Shown: positions 37,411-47,418 of the stretch, piece by piece | Numbering within the stretch: position 1 is the first letter of the stretch | How the letters are laid out: every line of letters starts with the position of its first letter | Made by a program: the position numbers and the translations under genes | Assembly (NCBI GenBank): GCA_002269645.1 | Contig: NIVC01001909.1 | Coordinates: forward strand, 98,517-162,516 | Source of the DNA: Macrostomum lignano | Lineage: Eukaryota | Reading direction: 5' to 3' | Length of the DNA: 64,000 nucleotides | The notes under the pieces: generated by a model | Database searches by the model: none | What the model saw: the letters and a program-made list of their open reading frames with translations, nothing else | Told to the model about the DNA's origin: nothing

Positions 37411-38727
37411 TCACGCAGTTGGGGAATCGTTGAGCAGGTCATCCTCCTCCTTTTCAGTGGTGGGTGACCCGCAGACCTCCATGGGAGTTTCAGCGTCCTC
37501 AGCAGTTAGGGTGGCTGTGGAGTCCTCCGCGGACGTGAGCCCAGCGTGGACGTTATCGCCGCCTCCCCTGCGTGCTTCGGTGCTGTCACTACCCGTCCCC
37601 TCTGCCTCGTCGGTCAGGTCGATGCGGGTGGCGCCAGCCTCCTGGTGAGTCACAGACTCGAACCAGTCGGTCGGAGCCTCCCCGCTTAGAGTCTGGCCTT
37701 CTGGCTGTTGGGGTGGAGCGCGAGAAGCGCGGGCCCGCTCACGATGCGCACGAAGGTTTTTGGCCTGGTCCAGCGCGCGCTGGATCAGGCCGGACCTCCG
37801 GGTGCTCCTGGCGGGTCTGCGATTGCGATTTCCGGTTTCAGCAGCGCGAACTGCCTTACCGGGCATAGGATCGGCCGTTTGCCTCGGCTTCTTTGCCGGA
37901 GGAGCCTGGGCCCCAGTTTCGGTTTCGGAAGCTTAGGCATTCTTGGCTTCATCAGCTTTCCGCTCCTCGCAACGGAGGATGGTCAGCTGAGTCAGACCAA
38001 TATGAATTGTGGACTTAGGCGGCAAGCGCTTAGCCCAGTCATCAGAGAGCCCTAGGATCACCGTAGCCCCCTTCTCCTTGCGGGAAGTGGCGTGGTGAAG
38101 GAGCCCGTTGACCTCAAGGTCGGGGTGCAGCTTTAGCAATATTTGCCTAAGCTGATCTCCGGACTTAATGGCACTGCCGGCCGGGATCCAGACGCGAAAG
38201 CGCTGGGTCTTTTGTCGTTCGCCCTCGCTGGCGAAGACGAGCTTGCCGAGCTTCTTGGGCCAGTTCAGCTTTGGCAGAAGCTCGCGTAGATTGCGGCTGC
38301 TCTCCTCCGAGCTGCACCAGATGAAGATGCAGCCGTCGGTCTTGGCAGACTTGACCACGCTCCCAGGGCGGCCCGCCAGGAGCTGGTCGATGAGCGCAGC
38401 ATCGATGGTGCGCCAGGCACTGTCGAGCTCGTCGGCCGTGAGGTCCTGCTCTTCCCCGAAGACGATGACCGCCGGTTGGAGCTTGACCTTTGAGGCGTAG
38501 TTGGTGGCGGCGGTTCCCGAAGGCCCAGCCGCGCTTGTAGCAGGTATACTGGGTGGCTCACCAGCGGGGGTTGTATCCTGGGGGGCAGGGGTTGCTGTGG
38601 TTCCTTTCGGCCCAACAGCGGCCTCGCCCTCCCTAGGTTCCCCCTCCGCCGGTGGCCGGCCCGCAGTACCCCGTAGTCGCCGTCGCCGCTCGTTGCGGCG
38701 TTGGTTGCGGGTGCGTCGGGCCTCAGC
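37411..38727 (-). pseudogene. LINE ORF1 (gag-like), 5'-truncated, with in-frame TAA at 37933-37935
   Basis: Track ORFs 37933..38751 and 37411..37866 are in the same frame, separated by one TAA plus 22 open codons. TGA ends 2 nt before the ORF2 ATG at 37408. Confidence 0.75.
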
Positions 38728-38845
38728 GATCATAGCATCTGGGATAAGCATTTTGGGATCATAGCATCTGGGATAATCATTTTGGGATCACAAAAAATTC
38801 CAAATGCTCACCTCGCCGCCGCCCACTTCCCCGACCCCCCAAAAG

Positions 38846-39259
38846 CCGTCAATTTGCTCCGCTCGGCGCCGCCTGGCAGCTTTCTCATCCGCGACTCGAC
38901 CAGCTTCCCCGGCGCATTCGGCTTAGCGGTGAAAACCGACGCAGGCAGCGGCGGAGCCGACGCGGTGCGACACTTCCTGCTGGAGCCGGCGGCGGGCGGG
39001 GTGCGACTTCGGGGCAGCCCGTCGGAACCCGCCTTCGCCGGCCTGGCAGCCTTCGTAGAGCAGCACGCGGTGGACCGCCTTGCGCTGCCGTGCCGCCTGC
39101 GGCTGCCCGACCCGCCGGGACGCCGGTCGACAAGCAACGAAGCCGACGGCCTTGGTCAGGGGATGTACGACAATCCCGACCAAATTGTAGCGGCCGCGTC
39201 GGCGTCGGGGTCTTTGCCGTCGGTGAACAGCCTGCAACAGGGTGGCGTCGGCAACAGTG
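38846..39259 (+). CDS. TNS: Tensin-like protein, exon 7 (rest of SH2 domain)
   Basis: Acceptor ccccaaaag. Splicing to exon 6 gives [35 protein letters not shown]...VRHFLLE...LALPCRLRLP, a tensin-type SH2. Donor GTGACT at 39260. Confidence 0.88.
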
Positions 39260-39269
39260 GTGACTCAGT

Positions 39270-39595
39270 TTGATAATCATTTGGGGATCACATGGCATTT
39301 GGGATAATCATTTGGGGATCACATGGCATTTGGGATAATCATTTGGGGATCACATAGCATCTGGGATAATCATTTGAGGATCACATGGCATTTGGGATAA
39401 TCATTTGGGGATCACATAGCATCTGGGATAATCATTTGGGGATTACATAACATCTGGGATAATCATTTGGGGATCACATAGCATCTGGGATAATCATTTG
39501 AGGATCACATAGCATCAGGGATAATCATTTGGGATTTTAGCATCAGGTAGAATCATTTGAGGATCACATAGCATCTGGGATAACCATTTGGGGGA
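39270..39595. repeat. ~31-bp minisatellite related to the 24985-26443 array
   Basis: GATAATCATTTGGGGATCACATAGCATCTGG units in the next intron. Confidence 0.9.
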
Positions 39596-39780
39596 TTGAA
39601 ACATTACAAACCCTTTGAGCCGTTAACGACATTAATCCGTGAATTTCATGGGAAATCAAATTTACTATCAGCTTGATAAATCTAACCGACATTTGACTAG
39701 GCTAAATTAACTACCAAAGTACATCTTCAATCGATTCAATTAATAAGACAAAACTCAACAAAACTTCAAAACATTTCCAG

Positions 39781-40024
39781 TCTACCCAGTCTCCTTCCTC
39801 GGCAGCGTCAGCGTGGAATCCCTCGTTGGCAGCGAAGCCGTCACCAGAGCTGTCAGCTTGTTGCTGGGAGCGGGGATCGACCCCAGTCTGAACTCGGCTG
39901 ACTGTCAGCTAAGAGTCGAACCTGAAGCTCTGATCCTCACCGACCAACAGCGGAAGCAATTCTTCCGCAAGCACTTTCCTTTGTCAGCGATTCTGCACTG
40001 CGGATTTGACGGCTTGAATAGAAG
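39781..40024 (+). CDS. TNS: Tensin-like protein, exon 8 (PTB domain, first part)
   Basis: Acceptor atttccag, donor GTGAGA at 40025. FLGSVSVESLVGSEAVTRA...LILTDQQRKQFFRKHFP matches the tensin PTB (ESLTGPQA...ITLTDNQRKLFFRRHYP). Confidence 0.9.
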
Positions 40025-40044
40025 GTGAGAAGGTCTGCTTTGCA

Positions 40045-41700
40045 AAGTTAGTGTCCATTTGGCGCCAAAGTTAGTGTCCAGTTGGCGCCAAAGTTAGTGT
40101 CCAGTTGGCGCTAAAGCTAGTATCCAGTTGGCGCTAAAGTTAGTGTCCAGTCGGCGCCAAAGTTAGTGTCCAGTCGGCGCCAAAGTTAGTGTCCAGTTGG
40201 CGCTAAAGCTAGTATCCAGTTGGCGCTAAAGTTAGTGTCCAGTCGGCGCCAAAGTTAGTGTCCAGTCGGCGCCAAAGTTAGTGTCCAGTTGGCGCCAAAG
40301 TTAGTGTCCAGTTGGCGCCAAAGTTAGTGTCCAGTCGGCGCCAAAGTTAGTGTCCAGTCGGCGCCAAAGTTAGTGTCCAGTTGGCGCTAAAGTTAGTGTC
40401 CAGTCGGCGCCAAAGTTAGTGTCCAGTTGGCGCCAAAGTTAGTGTCCAGTTGGCGCCAAAGTTAGTGTCCAGTTGGCGCTAAAGCTAGTATCCAGTTGGC
40501 GCTAAAGTTAGTGTCCAGTCGGCGCCAAAGTTAGTGTCCAGTCGGCGCCAAAGTTAGTGTCCAGTTGGCGCTAAAGCTAGTATCCAGTTGGCGCTAAAGT
40601 TAGTGTCCAGTCGGCGCCAAAGTTAGTGTCCAGTCGGCGCCAAAGTTAGTGTCCAGTTGGCGCCAAAGTTAGTGTCCAGTTGGCGCCAAAGTTAGTGTCC
40701 AGTCGGCGCCAAAGTTAGTGTCCAGTCGGCGCCAAAGTTAGTGTCCAGTTGGCGCTAAAGTTAGTGTCCAGTCGGCGCCAAAGTTAGTGTCCAGTTGGCG
40801 CCAAAGTTAGTGTCCAGTTGGCGCCAAAGTTAGTGTCCAGTTGGCGCTAAAGCTAGTATCCAGTTGGCGCTAAAGTTAGTGTCCAGTCGGCGCCAAAGTT
40901 AGTGTCCAGTCGGCGCCAAAGTTAGTGTCCAGTTGGCGCTAAAGCTAGTATCCAGTTGGCGCTAAAGTTAGTGTCCAGTCGGCGCCAAAGTTAGTGTCCA
41001 GTCGGCGCCAAAGTTAGTGTCCAGTTGGCGCCAAAGTTAGTGTCCAGTTGGCGCCAAAGTTAGTGTCCAGTCGGCGCCAAAGTTAGTGTCCAGTCGGCGC
41101 CAAAGTTAGTGTCCAGTTGGCGCTAAAGTTAGTGTCCAGTCGGCGCCAAAGTTAGTGTCCAGTTGGCGCCAAAGTTAGTGTCCAGTTGGCGCCAAAGTTA
41201 GTGTCCAGTTGGCGCTAAAGTTAGTGTCCAGTCGGCGCCAAAGTTAGTGTCCAGTTGGCGCTAAAGCTAGTATCCAGTTGGCGCTAAAGTTAGTGTCCAG
41301 CTGGCGCCAAAGTTAGTGTCCAGTTGGCGCCAAAGTTAGTGTCCAGCTGGCGCTAAAGTTAGTGTCCAGCTGGCGCTAAAGTTAGTATCCAGTTGGCGCT
41401 AAAGTTAGTGTCCAGTTGGCGCCAAAGTTAGTGTCCAGTCGGCGCCAAAGTTAGTGTCCAGTTGGCGCCAAAGTTAGTGTCCAGTTGGCGCCAAAGTTAG
41501 TGTCCAGTTGGCGCTAAAGTTAGTGTCCAGTTGGCGCTAAAGTTAGTGTCCAGTTGGCGCTAAAGTTAGTGTCCAGTTGGCGCTTAAGTTAGTGTCCAGT
41601 TGGCGCCAAAGTTAGTGTCCAGTTGGCCCTTAAGTTAGTGTCCAGTTGGCGCTAAATTTAGTGTCCAGTTGGCGCTAAAGTTAGTGTCCAGTTGGCGCCA
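40045..41700. repeat. Intronic 23-bp minisatellite (GTTAGTGTCCAGTTGGCGCCAAA)
   Basis: About 70 units with higher-order variant blocks, filling intron 40025-41741. Confidence 0.97.
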
Positions 41701-41741
41701 GTTAATCCAGCTCAACTCCATATAATCCAACACAACCGCAG

Positions 41742-41937
41742 GCTTGGCAACCGCAGCCTATACGGCCTGGTAGTTCGGGCTGGTGCTCGAGCTGATAACT
41801 TATGCGTGGTTCTCAGCGACGTTGAACCTGGAGCGCCCAGTCAGAGTGCCTGGCAACAACAGCCAACTGCTCAGCTGGTGATAGCGGTTGTTAACCAAGC
41901 TCTACTAGGAGCAACTGCCAACGGTAGGATGCGATGA
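41742..41937 (+). CDS. TNS: Tensin-like protein, last coding exon (PTB C-terminus)
   Basis: Acceptor caaccgcag. LYGLVVRAGARADNLCVVLSDVEP corresponds to tensin LFGFVARK..TDNxCHLFAELDP. Ends at TGA. Confidence 0.85.
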
Positions 41938-43699
41938 GCATGCACTTATAGTAACTGGATTGGACATCTAACCTTGCATACTACTAATAGTAAAGCTTGG
42001 TTCCTACCTCTGAATTAACTAATCATGCCGACATTGAAATGATAACCAAAAACAATATTCACAAGGCTAAACCTGTGTGTTTATCGTGCTCATTTCATCC
42101 AATAAGTTTATTTAAAAGCAGCCAACAAATTTTGTTTTAATTAAGTCACTTGTTCTTATTCATTAATTACAATAATTACGACCAAAGTTTGCATAAACCT
42201 TTTATAGAATAACTATAAAATATAATTGTATAATACTTTGTAAGAAAAGATATGAAAAGCAGGAAAATATAAAATATTATAGATAAAAATACTAGAATAA
42301 ATAAATTTTAGAGAAAATATTTCTTTATTTTTTGCACTAAATAGCTATAAGGTTTATACAATCTTTGATTCTTACTAAAGTTTTAGTCCGCAAAAAAATT
42401 TAAATATCAAATCAGGGTTGTACAGGACAGAATAAAAATAGAAAAACCTACTTGTAAGCTGTTTTGTTATTTCTAATTGACGATTTAAAAAGTAAAACAA
42501 AATAAACCGTTTCCTTTATCATTACTCGCGCACTGGTGTAATGGACCGTTTAAGTGCTTATTTTTGCGCTATGCAAAAAGTGAAGTAATTGTTGCTAAAA
42601 ATAAACAATTTCTCTGAGACAATTTCCGTAGACAATAATTTTGTTTCACTTTTTTCTCGACAAGAAGCTCAATAAGTACTTATCCTGCAGGTGGGAAGTA
42701 GTGATTTCACTCAGTGCTAAAAGAACCGAAAACTTCCAATCTCGCGAATTATTTTTCGATCTCTGTTTTAGAATGATTAATTGTCCACAAGTTTTGCGCA
42801 TAAATTGATCAGCGCGGTATAAGAAATTTTGGAGCATTAGATAAACATTTGATTCTGTCCACTTAAAGCGCATCATTCCTTGGCTAATCAATACAAGGGA
42901 TCTGAACCAATCCTACATTTGATTTGAGCAATTTTGCTCGCATTTGTAGGCTGTAACTAATAAGTGTAAATTTGTCTTTAGTTTATCTTGTACAACCCAG
43001 ACGAGACGGTCAAACATTAAAATTTTTAGTCTTCATTTTAAAAACTGTCGCATGGATCAAGCCTACTGGCAATGTTTCTAATTGCTACACGCAGATAACG
43101 ATTAGGCCCAAATCCCGGGATCACCCTTGTCCGGGATTCGAAAATCCCGGGATTGACAATCGGGATCTCGATCCCGGTTTGCAATAATTCAATCATTCAT
43201 TCTCGAGTAGTACTTGTAGTATCTGCAGCTGAGCTACTTGTCAGGTGAAAATCGTAACCCAGTTGTCCTGCTTCGATTTATTAATCTTTTAAGCATGCAG
43301 GCTAGTGAGACTGAGAAGGCTGGGGCTGCAGGGATACAAAACTGAAGCTGTTGGCAGATCGTAAGGAGATTTCAGGTGTAATAATGTACGTGCAACTGTA
43401 TGCATACGGTACTCGCAGACTAATGTAATTATTATTCTAAAATCTGTACACAGAGCCTAAAGCAATAGAAGCCAATCTCTCATTGTTTCCGATCACAGAG
43501 CTATACATGTAGCTCGCCAGACGGGAGTCAAATAATTGTGAATTTGAACTCTCCCTCTATCTCAAACCCAGCTAAAATCAAGGGGTCTCGACCTTGCGCA
43601 GATCAGAAGCCCCCTATGCGAAAGACATCATTCTCAGCACTGTCAGTCCATACCTTCAAAACTCCTTGGCCGTAGTAGGGATTAGAACAGTGGGACCTG

Positions 43700-44735
43700 G
43701 CTATCGGACCACAACCCAAGCTACCAGTTCTCCATCTGGGGCGGGTGCTATCGGAACACAACCCAAGCTACCAGTTCTCCATCTAGGGCGGGTGCTATCG
43801 GACCACAACCCAAGCTACCAGTTCTCCATCTAGGGCGGGTGCTATCGGACCACAACCCAAGCTACCAGTTCTCCATCTAGGGCGGGTGCTATCGGACCAC
43901 AACCCAAGCTACCAGTTCTCCATCTAGGGCAGGTGCTATCGGACCACAACCCAAGCTACCAATTCTCCATCTAGGGCGGGTGCTATCGGACCAAAACCCA
44001 AGCTACCAGTTCTCCATCTAGGGCAGGTGCTATCGGACCACAACCCAAGCTACCAGTTCTCCATCTAGGGCGGGTGCTATCGGACCGCAACCCAAGCTAC
44101 CAGTTCTCCATCTAGGGCGGGCGCTATCGGACCGCAACCCAAGCTACCAGTTCTCCATCTAGGGCGGGTGCTATCGGACCACAACCCAAGCTACCAGTTC
44201 TCCATCTAGGGCGGGCGCTATCGGACCGCAACCCAAGCTACCAGTTCTCCATCTAGGGCGGGTGCTATTGGACCACAACCTAAGCTACCAGTTCTCCATC
44301 TAGGGCGGGTGCTATCGGAACACAACCCAAGCTACCAGTTCTCCAGCTAGGGCAGGTGCTATCGGACCACAACCCAAGCTACCAGTTCTCCATCTAGGGC
44401 GGGTGCTATCGGACCACAACCCAAGCTACCAGTTCTCCATCTAGGGCAGGTGCTATCGGACCACAACCCAAGCTACCAGTTCTCCATCTAGGGCGGGTGC
44501 TATCGGACCGCAACCCAAGCTACCAGTTCTCCATCTAGGGCGGGTGCTATCGGACCACAACCCAAGCTACCAGTTCTCCATCTGGGGCGGGTGCTATCGG
44601 ACCACAACCCAAGCTACCAGTTCTCCATCTAGGGCGGGCGCTATCGGACCGCAACCCAAGCAACCAGTTCTCCATCTAGGGCGGGTGCAATCGGACCACA
44701 ACCCAAGCTACCAGTTCTCCATCTGGGGCGGGTGC
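43700..44735. repeat. 47-bp minisatellite inside the composite repeat
   Basis: GGGCGGGTGCTATCGGACCACAACCCAAGCTACCAGTTCTCCATCTA, about 22 units. Single copy at ~58475-58515 in the sister element. Confidence 0.96.
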
Positions 44736-44851
44736 CTTTGGGAGGCTGAGGTCTGATCCCCTTCTACCCTGGTATCAGTATCTCGGGCCATAGCTCTAAG
44801 CATGGATACATCACATCACAATCAAGTGTGATTTTCTTGAGCTGATACTGA

Positions 44852-45133
44852 TGTTGGGCCTGGTGCGTGGGGGTTGGGCGTGCGCTTTTACTCCGTGTGT
44901 CGTTTGTGATTTTAACTCTGTGCGTGTGCCCTGGCTGGGCTCACGCTCTTTGCACGTCTTGCTCTACGGCTCGTATCGTGACTTTAATGTACACTGTTGG
45001 TGTTTTAGTTCTTGGGTTGGGGTTGGGCTGCTATTGAACCTCGCTTAAATAAATCGTATCGTTGTTTGTCAGTGCGCTTGGCACTTTTGTCTCGCCTCGC
45101 AAACTCTTTGCTCTCGACTTGCTCTGTTTAACA
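44852..45133 (+). mobile_element. Solo LTR (282 bp)
   Basis: TGTT...AACA termini, AATAAA at ~45048, 5-bp TSD ACTGA/ACTGG. The sister repeat at 58830-58872 shows the empty site. Confidence 0.8.
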
Positions 45134-45419
45134 ACTGGCATTTAAAAAAAGCACGTCTATTACGCCAGTCCGTACATCACACTCCGATTCAGAGCTCACT
45201 GTCAGTTTCTTGTTTGCAAAACATTTTATTCTGTTCTACTACATTATTATTGAAAGCGCTTTAAAATCAGATTAGATGGCTTCGTAAATCAAAATTGCAC
45301 TAACAAAGATTAGAAACTTTTTATAATTCCTGGATTGGCAAAGTCCGGGATATTATGATCCCGAGAATCCCGGGATTGGCAAAACTCGGGATTTTGAATC
45401 CCCAGTACCGCCTAAGCCT

Positions 45420-45788
45420 GGGGGGCCGTAGCCCAGCGGTAGCGCAGCTGCTCTGGTGTGCCGCGACCCAGGCTCGATTCCAAGTGCAGCCACATTAATT
45501 TGGGGCTGGATTGGAATCTTGGCTTGGCTCGCTTGTGCAATTAACGGCCTTGAGAGCCAACCCCCCAAGGCGCAGTGAAGTGTACATGCCTAACAATTGA
45601 TAAAGTTAGGGCCGCTGTACACTCCTGTGTGAGTGTGTGCCTGCGTAACGTATCCGCGCGCTTGTATGCCTGCTCACGGGAGTCGGCGGAATGGGAAGTA
45701 ATGCCTCTCGCCGGTTGTGTGCCAATGACGCTTAAATTGCGCCAGGGTGCACACAAACCCCCTGCCTCTAATAAAAAAAAATAAATAA
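45420..45788 (+). mobile_element. tRNA-derived SINE, second family
   Basis: A box TAGCCCAGCGG, B box GGCTCGATTCC, A-rich tail AATAAAAAAAAATAAATAA, perfect 13-bp TSD ACCGCCTAAGCCT (45407-45419, 45789-45801). Confidence 0.9.
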
Positions 45789-47418
45789 ACCGCCTAAGCC
45801 TTGAAAGTCGGGATTTGCGCTGCAGAATTCATGCTCGTTGATGATGTTGACCTCGCGCTTGATTGCGTAATTGGAAAAATGCTGCATGAATTCCGGCCCT
45901 GATACAGACGAGGCTTGACGCGGAGTACAAGCAATACTCAAAAACCATATGTTGTATATGGTTTCTTAGGGGTGGTTTTGGTGTAGGTCTTCAGTAAATC
46001 ACACCGCTGCCACCAATGTTGTAGCTTTACTTTCCGAGCTGCGTGAGTACAGTTGACCAATTGATGTCCTTCGTTTGCACCTCGAAGTAGAAAGCCTTCT
46101 CTAGTTGCGTAGATAGTGCTGCCACCAGTCCCTTCGGGTCTCAGTCTTCAGGTGAGGATCCCGTCGGAATGAACACAGCACTTCAGGTAGATTTGCTATT
46201 TCACACGACTAGTCAGAAAATCCTGTCGGGCTCCGTCGGGCGACTGGGAAGGTGGTATTAGCCTCAGAGCAGACTCAGTGGTCCGGATTTAAGATGAGAA
46301 CTGATTTAGGACAATGGTAGCTTCGCAATCTACCATTGTCCTGGCAACCTACCAATGGCAATTTCAGACACTCGTTGGGAACAGAGAATAATCTCAGAAG
46401 AGAAAGGAGAGCTGTGACGGAAACAGGGCTAAGGAGGTCCGCACTTATAGTCTGGAGAACCCCATTGCGCTAGAGCTTAAGAGCACGCAAGATATCGCGT
46501 GACGTGGTATCTATTTTTAGCAACTGACGTCAATGCCTGCGTTACAGAAGGTAATTGGGTCTCGGGCACAGGGGTTCCGTCATAAGCATAAAGGTGCTTA
46601 TTGTACTTTGGACTGCGAGAAAACAGAGCTTGTTTTGTGACTGGTTCACATGCCAAGTTGAATGGCGGGCCACTAGTGAAACCACCGGTTGACCACTGGA
46701 CGCAGAACGCACAACAAAGAGCAGGCCCAGTAGCTGCAGTCAGAGAACAAAGCGCAGGCAGGGAGCAGGCAGACCGAAAAAGGCGGAGCTGCGCCCAGCG
46801 GCAGATGACAGCTCAAGATCGAGCGAGGGCGGGGATGCTGCTGGCTAGAGTGAGACACCTAACCATTAATCCAGTGGCTCACTACACATGGAGACAAGTT
46901 ATCATTGCTAATACGTCCCCAATAGTATAGCCATTCGCTTGAAGGAGAAGTGGCTCCAGTCGCCAATAGTCGGCTCTGAAAGAGGTCATTTTAAAAGCCA
47001 CAAAATACGCAACTCAACAACCAAGCTACGAGCGAGCTAGTATAGAAACCGGCAATCTTTGCTCCCCGGTTTGGGAAAAAGGAGAGGACATCCACCTGCC
47101 AGTGTAGTGTACATTTCCCTCGCGGGGCACGCGGGGAGAGGAAATGCTTCCGAGGATAGCTCGAATTGTACTTTTATTCTCTCTCTCCCAAGACTGACTG
47201 TACAGCCACGCTAAAGATATTTCTTGGAAAGACCGAGAACCTCTAGACTCTAGAATGAATAGAAAAGCCGAAACCGAAAACAAGGTGTGGTAAAGAGCTC
47301 AGTTAAGTCAAGACTAAAAGACTAAAAAGACAGGTGCTTTGCTTGTCCCGCTTAACTGTTTATTTAGAGCCTAAAGAATACTGCAGGGTAAGCTGCTTAC
47401 CAGCTATACGAAAAGCTG

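Larger units (their letters stand above)
26444..38727 (-). mobile_element. LOA/R1-type non-LTR retrotransposon (5'-truncated in ORF1), host of two nested insertions
   Basis: ORF1 remnant, then ORF2 with APE (QINLQHC...), RT (GSPQGGVLSP, YADD), RNase H (YTDGS, HSDSQAAL, WIPGH..GNELAD) and CCHC. Short 3' UTR with TAAGTCAAG-type tail. 9-bp GATCATAGC flanks both ends. About 5.1 kb net. Confidence 0.92.
43085..45405. mobile_element. Composite non-autonomous repeat (family shared with 58140-58872)
   Basis: 43170-43740 plus 44735-44800 align directly to 58230-58580. 44827-45405 (minus the solo LTR) is the reverse complement of 58600-58872. CCCGGGA subterminal motifs and a GGGATTTTGAATCCC end suggest a hAT-like derivative. 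Confidence 0.65.

Noticed and set aside
40045-41700. CRISPR-like regular repeat
   Set aside because: Head-to-tail 23-bp units without unique spacers, inside a eukaryotic intron, no cas genes.
45420-45495. tRNA gene
   Set aside because: No proper acceptor stem/cloverleaf. Followed by a SINE body and A-tail and flanked by a TSD.
46413-46585. Short element with inverted ends TGTGACGGAAAC / GTTCCGTCATA
   Set aside because: No convincing TSD and the right end is not CA, so it cannot be supported as a solo LTR or MITE.
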